A stretch of DNA of 64,000 bases from an uncultured Thermoproteales archaeon (GTDB lineage: Archaea; Thermoproteota; Thermoprotei; Thermofilales; B20-G17). The stretch covers positions 9,876 through 73,875 of the forward strand of contig CBDUMD010000005.1 of the NCBI GenBank assembly GCA_965368245.1. The letters are read 5' to 3'. The position numbers and the translations under genes are program-made. Positions 49,158 through 58,141 of this stretch are shown in pieces; the first letter of the stretch is position 1; each line of letters starts with the position of its first letter. The notes beneath the pieces were generated by a model. That model was not told the DNA's origin, did not search any database, and worked only from the letters and a program-made list of their open reading frames with translations.

Positions 49158-49464
49158 TCGTTTATCCGGTTTGGTGGTTGCCCGTGCATGGTTGCCAAAG
49201 TGACGAGAATATCCGAAATACTATGCATGGGTTCATCCCGCCTTTTGGGCGCCCCTTTGACCTACCTACGGGGGCGCCTACACACTTATTCGGCACCCCC
49301 TCGGCGAATCTAGGGTTTGCCTCATCCCCCGGCCTACGGCTCATCAGCTCATCGGCTTACCGAAATACATGTACCTAGATATCCAGATATAAATTTCATG
49401 GCGAAAAACTATAGGTAAAATACTTGCAAATCACCATAATCACGAAAATAACTCAAATAAGCGA
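49158..49464 (-). mobile_element. Miniature non-autonomous IS607-like element (E2), same family as E1
   Basis: Minus-strand ends TCGCTTA...TAAACGA; left-end 9-nt repeats (TTATTTGAG TTATTTTCG TGATTATGG TGATTTGCA); TATA 49386-49393; shares CATGCACGGGCAACCAC with E1; contains the 60-aa relic ORF 49162-49344. Confidence 0.7.
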
Positions 49465-49482
49465 ATAGTCTTAGTTTTCGAT

Positions 49483-50496
49483 TTAAAGGTCTACTATTCC
49501 AGCCTCACTTATGTAAAATACAACCTCACGTTCCGCATGTTTAGGCGAGTCGATTATACGTGCAATTCTCTTACCTTCTTTACCCTTTTTGAGCCATATT
49601 CTATATGTGCATCCATGGGCTACTACGTTTCCACCAGCTGGTCTAAGTGGATTGCCAAAGAAGACGTCGGGTGCAGCAATAACCTGGTTTGTTACCACGA
49701 CAGCTAAATCATATACAGCTGCCATACGTAACAATTGGTGTACGTGTCTGTTGAGTTTCTGTTGGCGGGGTGCAAGGTTCTCTCTGCCAGGATATTCTGC
49801 CCTAAAGTGGCTTACAAGACTATCGACCACCACTAGCTTTATGTTCTCGCTTTCTATCCTCTTTTTTAGCTCATTAAGTATAAGCATTTGATGGTCAGAG
49901 TTATAGGCACGTGCATATATAATGTTATCCAAGAAACTTTCTGGGGTTTTATCTGGAAAACGGTGTTTAATTATCTGTACTACTCTTTCCGGACGGAAGG
50001 TGCCTTCAGTGTCGATATAGGCTGCTTTACCTTCAAGCCCTCCCTCGTCTTCAGGTAGTTGAACCATTACAGAAAGCTGATGGCATATCTGTGTTTTTCC
50101 TGCCCCAAACTCTCCTATGAACTCGGTAATAGCTTGCGTTTCTATACCTCCTTCAAGAAGCTCATCTAAAGCATTACAGCCGGTGGAGATTCTTTTTACT
50201 CTAAGTCTCTGTTCATAGTACTCTTTTGCTGTAATGAACAGTTTACCTCTCATCACCAATTTCTGGGCATTCGATATAATGCTCTTGGCTCTCTCCTCTG
50301 AGCCTATGGCCTCAGCTACCTCCTGCACGGATGCCGCGGCCAGATCACGGGGGCTAAATATACCAGTTCTTCTCAGTTTTTCCGCAGTTACCCTTCCTAA
50401 ACCCTCTATGTCCTCAAGCTCGTAATCTATTTCCTCTATAATAGATTCATCTTCCAACAAGTCTTTCTTCTTTACTCTACTTTTACTTTGAGTCAA
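49483..50496 (-). CDS. radA: DNA repair and recombination protein RadA
   Basis: HhH N-domain, GEFGAGKTQ, YIDTEGTFRPER and RAEYPGRENLAPRQQKL; no intein. Confidence 0.97.
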   Translation of the reverse strand: MTQSKSRVKKKDLLEDESIIEEIDYELEDIEGLGRVTAEKLRRTGIFSPRDLAAASVQEVAEAIGSEERAKSIISNAQKLVMRGKLFITAKEYYEQRLRVKRISTGCNALDELLEGGIETQAITEFIGEFGAGKTQICHQLSVMVQLPEDEGGLEGKAAYIDTEGTFRPERVVQIIKHRFPDKTPESFLDNIIYARAYNSDHQMLILNELKKRIESENIKLVVVDSLVSHFRAEYPGRENLAPRQQKLNRHVHQLLRMAAVYDLAVVVTNQVIAAPDVFFGNPLRPAGGNVVAHGCTYRIWLKKGKEGKRIARIIDSPKHAEREVVFYISEAGIVDL

Positions 50497-50615
50497 TAAG
50501 CTACTACCCCTTATGTTAGATTCTTACCAAAATTATTTAAACTTACACTTAAGATACTTGCCTGAAAGTAATTAATATACATCTTTAATGTTAAAAATAT
50601 AGACGGTAATGTACG

Positions 50616-51791
50616 GTGGGCTTGGAGGAAGAGGGGAAAGAGGTTTACAAGGAAGCATTAGAAGTTGTTAGAAAAGTTAGTGAGTCGCTGGGATCTGGAG
50701 AACTTGTCCCCATATCTCGTGCACATATCTCTGGCGTATCGTATGTTAATATAGGTGACGCTGGCCTAGAGTTCATTAGAGACCTAGCTGAAAGGGGAGG
50801 ACGTTTTCGTGTAGCAACTACATTGAATCCCGTTGCCGTAGATCTCGAAAAATGGAAGGAAATGGATGTGCCTGAAGAAATAGTGTCAAAGCAGAAGGAG
50901 ATTGTAGAACTGCTTGTAAAGATGGGGGCAAAACCCACGTTAACCTGCACACCTTATTTAATAGATCCTCCTAAAAGGGGAGAGCAGGTGGCATGGGGGG
51001 AAAGCAACGCTGTGCTCTATGCTAACAGCGTTCTAGGAGCGAGGACAAATAGGGAGGGAGGACCCTTAACAATCCTTGAGGCTATATGCGGTAAAGCACC
51101 TTACCTAGGTTTACGGATAGATGAAGGCAGAAAACCTACGGTGGAGGTTTACTTTGAAAAGGAGGTATGGAAAGCTGTTGAAAATAGAAAGATACCTTAC
51201 AGTGCTCTTGGATACTCCCTCGGCCTAGCCGTAGGTAGAGGCGTCCCCTTACTGATGGAAACAAGGCTTCCCTTTAAACACATCAAAAACTTTCTAGCAG
51301 CTGTAGGTGCATCGAGCTCCATAGGACTTGTATTAATTAGAGGACTATCCCCCGAAGTAAAAGAAAGTAATTTTTACCGGGAAAAAGTAGAAAAAATTTC
51401 ACTTTCCTTAACTGAGGTTGAGGACTCAATCGAAAAATTTAGGAAAAAAGCCGAAAAAGCTGATGCCGTATTCCTCGGATGCCCACACCTCTCTCCCAGC
51501 GAACTGAGAGAAATTTTCTATTTTCTCGAGAAAAAGGGCTGGACGCCAAGAAAAAAGGTAATATTATCTACTTCTAGATGGGCTTTAAACCAGGTCGGCG
51601 GAAAAATCTGTAGAGAGAAAATGGATAAGGTAATTATTTTATCCGATACATGTATAGTTGTTTCTCCTATAGAATACATGAATGTGAAGCACGTTGTAAC
51701 AGACTCGGCTAAAGCGGCATACTATTTATCCAATAAAGGATTAGATGTAACGCTCCTCCCTAGAAAAACGATATTGGGTGATATTATTTGA
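50616..51791 (+). CDS. Aconitase X catalytic subunit (phosphomevalonate dehydratase large subunit-like)
   Basis: AHISGVSY, TCTPY, WGESNA, GARTNREG, GCPH, DTC and TDSAK. Confidence 0.9.
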   Translation: MGLEEEGKEVYKEALEVVRKVSESLGSGELVPISRAHISGVSYVNIGDAGLEFIRDLAERGGRFRVATTLNPVAVDLEKWKEMDVPEEIVSKQKEIVELLVKMGAKPTLTCTPYLIDPPKRGEQVAWGESNAVLYANSVLGARTNREGGPLTILEAICGKAPYLGLRIDEGRKPTVEVYFEKEVWKAVENRKIPYSALGYSLGLAVGRGVPLLMETRLPFKHIKNFLAAVGASSSIGLVLIRGLSPEVKESNFYREKVEKISLSLTEVEDSIEKFRKKAEKADAVFLGCPHLSPSELREIFYFLEKKGWTPRKKVILSTSRWALNQVGGKICREKMDKVIILSDTCIVVSPIEYMNVKHVVTDSAKAAYYLSNKGLDVTLLPRKTILGDII

Positions 51792-52204
51792 TCATTAAGG
51801 CGAGAAGCATAGTTCCCGGGAACGTTAGCGGTTTAGCGTTGGTTTCACGGGACCCCATATCTTTTTACGGTGGAGTTGACCCTGAAACAGGGGTAATAGT
51901 TGAACCGGGGCACTCTTTAGAGGGAGAGAAAATTTCGGGTAAAATTTTGATTTTCCCTTATGGAAAAGGAAGCACTGTTGGATCGTACATAATATATCGA
52001 TTAAAGAAAAGGAATCTAGCTCCCCTAGCTATAGTGAATTTAGAGACAGAGCCGATAATAGTTGTCGGATGCGTTCTCTCGAGGATACCTTTAGTTGATA
52101 AGCCCGAAGCCAATGTAACAACCATTATTAAGACAGGGGATACTGTTACCATTAAAAGTGCTGGAAAGGAAGCATGGATAAAGGTGGATAAAAATGGAAA
52201 ATAA
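51788..52204 (+). CDS. Aconitase X swivel subunit (DUF126)
   Basis: ISFYGGVDPETG and GKGSTVGSY. Confidence 0.92.
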   Translation: MIIKARSIVPGNVSGLALVSRDPISFYGGVDPETGVIVEPGHSLEGEKISGKILIFPYGKGSTVGSYIIYRLKKRNLAPLAIVNLETEPIIVVGCVLSRIPLVDKPEANVTTIIKTGDTVTIKSAGKEAWIKVDKNGK

Positions 52205-52817
52205 AGAGAAAATTCTTGAGAAAATAGCCGAAGAAATAAGAGAATGTAAGAAATGCCCCTTATGGCGAAATAGAAAAAACGCTGTTCCAGGAGAAGGAAA
52301 CCCTGATACCGTAGTGATGTTCATTGGAGAAGCTCCCGGAAGGTTCGAGGATCTGGAAGGAAGACCGTTTGTGGGTGCTGCCGGAAAGTTATTAACCGAA
52401 CTTCTAAGAAATATAGGGCTTACAAGGGAGGAAGTTTATATAACTAACGTTGTTAAATGTAGGCCTCCAGGCAACAGAGACCCGGCAAGGGATGAGATAG
52501 ATAAATGTTCTCCGTATTTGGATAGACAAATAGAAGTTATTAAACCGAAGGTTATTGTAACTTTAGGAAGACATAGTACGCTCTACCTTCTGGGAAAAAC
52601 CGGGAGAAAACATGGTAAAGGTATTCTCTCTCTGAGAGGACGCTTATACACCATCCACATAAATCGTAATCCAGTTACAATACTACCGACCCTTCATCCT
52701 GCCGCCGCCCTCTACAATCCACGTCTCAAAACCATCCTAGAAAAAGACTTCGATAAATTAAAGGAAATATTGAAGAGTATTTCAAAGCCTAAAAAGGGGT
52801 TGGATGCATTCTTTTAA
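52194..52817 (+). CDS. udg: Uracil-DNA glycosylase family 4
   Basis: CKKC, GEAPG, PFVG, KCRPPGNR and HPAA. Confidence 0.95.
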   Translation: MENKEKILEKIAEEIRECKKCPLWRNRKNAVPGEGNPDTVVMFIGEAPGRFEDLEGRPFVGAAGKLLTELLRNIGLTREEVYITNVVKCRPPGNRDPARDEIDKCSPYLDRQIEVIKPKVIVTLGRHSTLYLLGKTGRKHGKGILSLRGRLYTIHINRNPVTILPTLHPAAALYNPRLKTILEKDFDKLKEILKSISKPKKGLDAFF

Positions 52818-53077
52818 AGAGGAAGCCCTCTACAGTAGACCCTTCCTTTATATCTTCTAACAAAATTCTTGCAGGTATAGCATAGAAGAAAGGGGACAAC
52901 TTTACCTTGAACAGGACATTCAACAGCCTCCTTCTTTAATCTGCTTATCATGCTTTTACCTAAGGCCCCCTTAAGTTCATCCTGAATGTTCTTAGGTATC
53001 CTAAACCTTCGTGGTGCCGGTATCACGTTAACTTGATATTTTACCTCCGCCTCCCCCAACCTCCTGGCACCCAACAA
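52814..53077 (-). CDS. Small Cys-rich hypothetical protein
   Basis: ECPV...CYTCKNF...YCRG four-Cys pattern. Confidence 0.7.
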   Translation of the reverse strand: MLGARRLGEAEVKYQVNVIPAPRRFRIPKNIQDELKGALGKSMISRLKKEAVECPVQGKVVPFLLCYTCKNFVRRYKGRVYCRGLPL

Positions 53078-53109
53078 ATTCTTCTTTCGATAAATTTAAG
53101 TTATTCCCT

Positions 53110-53373
53110 CCGTTTCCTCTAACCATATCACTCTATGTATTTTTCATTGTGGTACGGTTTCACGGGTTCCGCCTCGCCTACAACCCTTTTGTTAGGGTTG
53201 AGTGGTCGTGGGTGGCTGTCGAGCCCAACGGCACAAGGCTCCCATCTACGCTACTCCCTGCGGGCTTGGAGCAAAGCTCCCATCACCCACATGTTCATGA
53301 GAATCACTAGCACAACGCATTATAAGTGTTACGCTCGAAACATAACGATACAAAAACATACAAAACGCTACAG
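53110..53373 (-). mobile_element. Miniature non-autonomous IS607-like element (E3), second family
   Basis: Minus-strand left end CTGTAGCG with 10-nt repeats (TTTTGTAT x2); right end GGAAACGG; TATA 53319-53326; GC-rich structured core with duplicated GATGGGAGC. Confidence 0.65.
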
Positions 53374-53421
53374 TTTAATGTTTCTGCCCCTCGGTAGAAT
53401 ATACTGAGACTAGGGATTTTG

Positions 53422-55689
53422 CTATACTATGGGCTTGCCCTCGATCTTCTGGTATCCGTACTCCTCCTTCAGTCTACCTGTAAGCACGGTCTCCATTATT
53501 TGTAATGCTCTACGCCGTGAAAGAAACTTATTGTTGTTCCCACAGTAGGGGGAGTAAACACACTTGGGACATCCGTCAAGACATTTACATTTTTTCATGA
53601 TCCTGTAGGCTCTTTTAAAAGCTTTTTCAAGCCTATAGTAGAGAAGTTTAGTTATACCGGATCCGCCTGGAAAAGCATCGTAAATGAAGATATGTCCCGT
53701 AGGGTAACTTACACCACCCATATCCGTTGGAGATGCTCCTACAAGAGTTTCGCCAGCAGTTATAAGAGTATGTTCTATAGCATGGAAAGCTTCACCGTTT
53801 TCAATTAAATTCCATTCAAAGTTTACTGGGAAATGTAAGAAAATCCCTTTGGTCTTAAACTTATATTCAAGATCCTTTTCTAGAGATGCCTCTCTTACAC
53901 TTACCCCGCTCTTAAAATCCTTTACTACAAAGCCGTATACAACGTCACGTATGTTAAGCTCCCCGTATTCTACCCTAATCCCATAAACAGTGTTACTAGA
54001 CAGGGGTTTAAAGTCTCTTGGTTCAGAGTAGTATAGTGGGATGGTGTAGAGATCATAGCTTCGTGGTAGTCTCCTCACGATAGCACGGGACTCAGAGAAT
54101 TCGATGGAGAGATAGATTTCTCCTCCATGAAGGTATATTGCACCGGGAAAAAGCTCTTTCATCGCCATGGGCATCTCCCTTGTTCCTATGATCCTACCTC
54201 GTGCATCGTATATTTTTACAACCTCTCCTACACCCCTTAAGCTCATACGCCTCCTAAGGAACTTTAGCCCGCTTCTCGTACACCTATAGTATTTCCGCCA
54301 AATCCTTAGATAACCCTCCTCAACGAGCCTCGATACAACCTTCCGTTCAAAATCATTTAGCTCATCAAGTTTGAAGGGCAGATCCCTTGCCATAGCTATT
54401 AAATGTACTTTAGCTATCTCGTCGTTAGTCGGGTCAATAGCTATGGGCTCGTATTCCTGGTAGAAGAAGTCTTCTGGATAATATTCGTAGTATTGGCTTA
54501 TAGGATCATCGCCCAGAATCGTGAATATATATGCTTTCTGTCCCCTTCTTCCACACCTACCGGTTCTTTGAACGTATTTGCTAAAGGTCGGTGGAAAATG
54601 GAGAAGTATAGTGCAGTCCAGGTAGCCTATGTCTATCCCTAGCTCCAATGTCGGTGTCGCGGCTACAGCTTTTATTTTACCACTTTTAAGTCCACGTTCA
54701 ATGGATTTCCTTTCTTCCGGCAATAAACCAGCTCTATGAACCTTTATGTCTATACCGTATCTAAGTCCCATTCTTCTGATCAACTCAACTAGCTTATGGC
54801 TGTCCGCGAAAACTATTGTACTCATATCGTGTTTAAGACACTCCCTAACAAGTAGAACAGCTTCTACTATTCTTGATCGCATTGACGGACGGATGAAAAC
54901 GTGGTATCTAATGTTTCGACGACCATCCTCTGTTTTAATAATATTCGCCTTTCGCCTGAAAAAGATTTTCGAAAAATCTTCTGGATTACCTATAGTAGCT
55001 GAGGTACCTATAAAAATGGGTTTTCCTTCGATGTGTCTTAGCAGTCTCCTTAATACATAGGATACATGTGTTCCGAATACTCCATTGTAAACGTGCATGT
55101 CGTCGAGAACTATATACTCTACATTTTTCAAGAGCTTCTTAAACTCGGCTGAATGGATTAAACTTACATGGATCATGTCGGGATTTGTAAGTAGTATGGG
55201 TGGTGGAAACTTGAACAACCTTTTTCTATCCTTCTCGGGGGTGTCTCCGTCGAAAACCAGAGCACGGGCCCCGAAAACTACACTCGCCAGGGAATTTATC
55301 CTGGAGAGCTGGTCCCGTGCCAACGCTTTTGTGGGATAAATTAAGAGAGCTTTTACCCCGCCAAAAGGATCTTCAATAATCCTATCTAATATTGGTAGTA
55401 GAAATGCCTCCGTTTTCCCGGTGCCTGTACCAGCTATAATTAGGGTGTCTCTGCCGGCCTTAATGCTGTTTATCGCTTCTTCTTGAAACTTGTAGAGTCT
55501 TTTTATACCCCTTTTAACCAAGATCTTCTTTATCTCGTCCTTAAGTTTAATACTTTCTACCGTAGAACCATATTCCAGTACAGAAGGTTCTTCTACAAAA
55601 ACGTGAACTAGTTCACGTCCTTTATCAGAGGATATTTCGTCAATTAAGGGGTCTTTTGGTTTCTCTAATCGCGTTATCCTCACTCTCAC
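53422..55689 (-). CDS. SF2 helicase with C-terminal DUF1998 zinc site (Hrq1/MrfA-like)
   Basis: GTGTGKT, YPTKALARDQ, DDMH, SAT, LELGIDIG and C.C..GCPKC. Confidence 0.92.
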   Translation of the reverse strand: MRVRITRLEKPKDPLIDEISSDKGRELVHVFVEEPSVLEYGSTVESIKLKDEIKKILVKRGIKRLYKFQEEAINSIKAGRDTLIIAGTGTGKTEAFLLPILDRIIEDPFGGVKALLIYPTKALARDQLSRINSLASVVFGARALVFDGDTPEKDRKRLFKFPPPILLTNPDMIHVSLIHSAEFKKLLKNVEYIVLDDMHVYNGVFGTHVSYVLRRLLRHIEGKPIFIGTSATIGNPEDFSKIFFRRKANIIKTEDGRRNIRYHVFIRPSMRSRIVEAVLLVRECLKHDMSTIVFADSHKLVELIRRMGLRYGIDIKVHRAGLLPEERKSIERGLKSGKIKAVAATPTLELGIDIGYLDCTILLHFPPTFSKYVQRTGRCGRRGQKAYIFTILGDDPISQYYEYYPEDFFYQEYEPIAIDPTNDEIAKVHLIAMARDLPFKLDELNDFERKVVSRLVEEGYLRIWRKYYRCTRSGLKFLRRRMSLRGVGEVVKIYDARGRIIGTREMPMAMKELFPGAIYLHGGEIYLSIEFSESRAIVRRLPRSYDLYTIPLYYSEPRDFKPLSSNTVYGIRVEYGELNIRDVVYGFVVKDFKSGVSVREASLEKDLEYKFKTKGIFLHFPVNFEWNLIENGEAFHAIEHTLITAGETLVGASPTDMGGVSYPTGHIFIYDAFPGGSGITKLLYYRLEKAFKRAYRIMKKCKCLDGCPKCVYSPYCGNNNKFLSRRRALQIMETVLTGRLKEEYGYQKIEGKPIV

Positions 55690-55741
55690 AACCAGTTATA
55701 TACTTATTGATAGTAGCTTAAAAATAAAAGGATGGGGAGGA

Positions 55742-56482
55742 ATGAGCAAAACAACAATGTTTAGAAAAATAGGAGGTATTCCCTGCCTTTTTCTCGAAAA
55801 CCGGGGTACATTAGGATTTACTATTGTTATCGTTCCAGGTTTACGGATAAATCTGAGAGAAGTATTCAGAATAGCCTTTTATCTACTTGAATCCTTTAAA
55901 GGGATTAAAGTATGTATACCCTTATTTTTTCTGGAGAAATGGAGGAATTTAGGAGAATTTCTGGAGAAAATTGGCTATTTCTCCTTAGAGCTAAGAAAAA
56001 TTCTGGAGAAAATATCTGGTGAAAAGATCGTTATAGGTTTTTCAGTTGGTTGTGTTGTTACCCTAAACGCATGTAAACGTGTTCAACATATACGCTATCT
56101 GATTTTAGCTTGTGGAGGAAGCATCATAGTAAACTTACTATCAAACAAGGATTTCATCGCGTTTTTTGGACTGCATCGAGGGAACATAGCTACCGAGGTA
56201 AGGGAAAAAAGAATAGAAAATTTACTCATGGAATACGATCCATACTATACAAAGTTTGTTGAGTTACACGATAAGGTAGTACATCTAATTTTATGCGAAA
56301 AGGGGCTATTTTCAAAAACAAGCACAATGGTTATTGGTAAAAATATGGAAAAAATTGGGAAAAAGATAAACCTCAGCGTTAAAATGCATTATTCCAGCGA
56401 TTATTTAAAGTTACCTTTCGTTATCTCTAAAATATTAACAGAAATTATAAATGAAAAATATATTATGGAAAAATTATCCTAA
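55742..56482 (+). CDS. Diverged alpha/beta-hydrolase-like protein
   Basis: IGFSVG nucleophile elbow; otherwise poorly conserved and AT-rich. Confidence 0.5.
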   Translation: MSKTTMFRKIGGIPCLFLENRGTLGFTIVIVPGLRINLREVFRIAFYLLESFKGIKVCIPLFFLEKWRNLGEFLEKIGYFSLELRKILEKISGEKIVIGFSVGCVVTLNACKRVQHIRYLILACGGSIIVNLLSNKDFIAFFGLHRGNIATEVREKRIENLLMEYDPYYTKFVELHDKVVHLILCEKGLFSKTSTMVIGKNMEKIGKKINLSVKMHYSSDYLKLPFVISKILTEIINEKYIMEKLS

Positions 56483-56545
56483 ATAATTTTACAAATTCTT
56501 GACGCGCCTTAAAGCCTCTTTTTAGAAAATACATCTATTAATTTC

Positions 56546-56578
56546 GGATAACATTTGGATATTTTCCAAATGTTATCC
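56546..56578. repeat. Perfect 14-bp inverted repeat with 5-nt spacer
   Basis: GGATAACATTTGGA-TATTT-TCCAAATGTTATCC in an AT-rich intergenic region. Confidence 0.85.
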
Positions 56579-56681
56579 ATATAATACATTTTTTAACCTC
56601 TTTTTACTTTAATCTCCCTAGAAATCGACGAAAGAAAGGCATTATACTTTTTTCCCTTACATCAACTTTATAGGAAAATTA

Positions 56682-57746
56682 ATGAAGATGAATACTATAC
56701 TCAACAAGGCGAGAACACGAATGAACAATAATATTTCGTTAATGATTGGTGTCATTATTCCGCTTTTAGTTAGCTACTTTGTTCCCTTTATTGCGATCAA
56801 ATGGTGGATCAAAACAGCGAAAAGATTGAATATTGTGGGCCGCGATATGAATAAACCCTATGAGAATGAAGTACCAGAGGCTGGAGGCGTATGGGTGACC
56901 ATTGGAATAGCTTTCGGTCTACTTTTTTACGTAGCGCTGAGAAGATATATCACCGGTAGAGAAGCCAATCTCGTCGAAATAATGGCTATTATCTCCTTAG
57001 AGCTCCTAGCAGCTTTTCTAGGGCTTTTAGATGATGTTCTTGGATGGAAAAAGGGGTTAAAACCCTGGCAGAAAATCGCATTCACCTTCCCCATAGCACT
57101 ACCACTTATCGTTGTTAGAGCAGGTTATACGACAATAGAGCTTCCAGTAATAGGAGTTATAGATCTAGGTCCTGCTTACTCGATTTTACTGGTACCGATA
57201 GGTGTTGTGGGTGCTGCAAACGGTTTCAATATGTTAGCTGGATATAATGGGCTTGAAGCAGGAATGGGGACACTCCTACTCTTGGGTGTTCTGGTTAAAG
57301 CACTTCAACATAATAGACTATGGATAGCATACATGGCTTTAATAGGGATTGTAGCTTTAATAGCTTTCCTATATTACAATTGGTTCCCTGCAAAGGTCTT
57401 TCCCGGCGACTCGTTAACCCATCCCTTTGGAGCCTTCTACGCCTCGCTAATTATACTGGGAAACATGGAAAAATTTGGTATGTTTCTCTTTATACCCTAC
57501 TTTCTTGATGCACTACTCTACTTTAAAGCCAAAATCATAGATAAGGTTACATTCCGTGTTGAAGCTTTCGCAAAAGTTCATTCTGATGGAAGCCTCTCAC
57601 CACCATACGATAGAATCTACGATACGACTCATCTAGCTATAAAAGTATTATCGAAGATTAAGGGCAAGGTGTATGAACGAGATGTAGTCCTCTTCATATT
57701 AGGTCTGGAAAGCATAATATTAGTGCTGGGATTGATTTTCCTGTAG
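56682..57746 (+). CDS. UDP-GlcNAc:dolichyl-phosphate GlcNAc-1-P transferase (AglH/GPT, glycosyltransferase family 4)
   Basis: GRDMNK, VPEAGG, GLLDD, NMLAGYNGLEAG and VFPGD. Confidence 0.9.
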   Translation: MKMNTILNKARTRMNNNISLMIGVIIPLLVSYFVPFIAIKWWIKTAKRLNIVGRDMNKPYENEVPEAGGVWVTIGIAFGLLFYVALRRYITGREANLVEIMAIISLELLAAFLGLLDDVLGWKKGLKPWQKIAFTFPIALPLIVVRAGYTTIELPVIGVIDLGPAYSILLVPIGVVGAANGFNMLAGYNGLEAGMGTLLLLGVLVKALQHNRLWIAYMALIGIVALIAFLYYNWFPAKVFPGDSLTHPFGAFYASLIILGNMEKFGMFLFIPYFLDALLYFKAKIIDKVTFRVEAFAKVHSDGSLSPPYDRIYDTTHLAIKVLSKIKGKVYERDVVLFILGLESIILVLGLIFL

Positions 57747-57815
57747 AATATTGATTTCGAGTCAAGGTAAAGTTTTTAAATATTGAAGTCTAGATAGTGG
57801 GGAGAGGTGTAAAGC

Positions 57816-58133
57816 TTGGAATACATCTATGCTAGCTTGCTCCTACACCATGCTGGAAAACCCATATCCGAGGAAAATGTAAAGAAAATACTAGAGTCGG
57901 CAGGAATTGAAGTAGATGAAGTTCGTGTGAAAGCACTGGTTGCCGCGTTAAAGGAGGTAGACATTGAAGAAGCGATTAAATCCGCTACTCTTCCTGTAGC
58001 CGCTGCACCGGCAGCCCCCGCAGCTGCCGCCCCTGTAGAGGAAAAGAAGGAAGAGAAAAAGGAAGAGGAAGAAAAGAAAGAGGAAGAAGTGGAAGAAACC
58101 ATATCAGAGGGATTGGCGGCACTCTTCGGTTAA
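57816..58133 (+). CDS. rpl12: 50S ribosomal stalk protein P1/L12
   Basis: [11 protein letters not shown], Ala/Pro hinge, acidic tail and GLAALFG; TTG start after GGAGAGGTG. Confidence 0.97.
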   Translation: MEYIYASLLLHHAGKPISEENVKKILESAGIEVDEVRVKALVAALKEVDIEEAIKSATLPVAAAPAAPAAAAPVEEKKEEKKEEEEKKEEEVEETISEGLAALFG

Positions 58134-58141
58134 AAGATACT

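Noticed and set aside
53135-53407. 90-aa plus-strand ORF, also 49178-49378
   Set aside because: Antisense to the mini elements; explained by GC-rich structured sequence
55928-56011. TTCTGGAGAAA repeated three times
   Set aside because: In-frame LEK codons with irregular spacing; not an array
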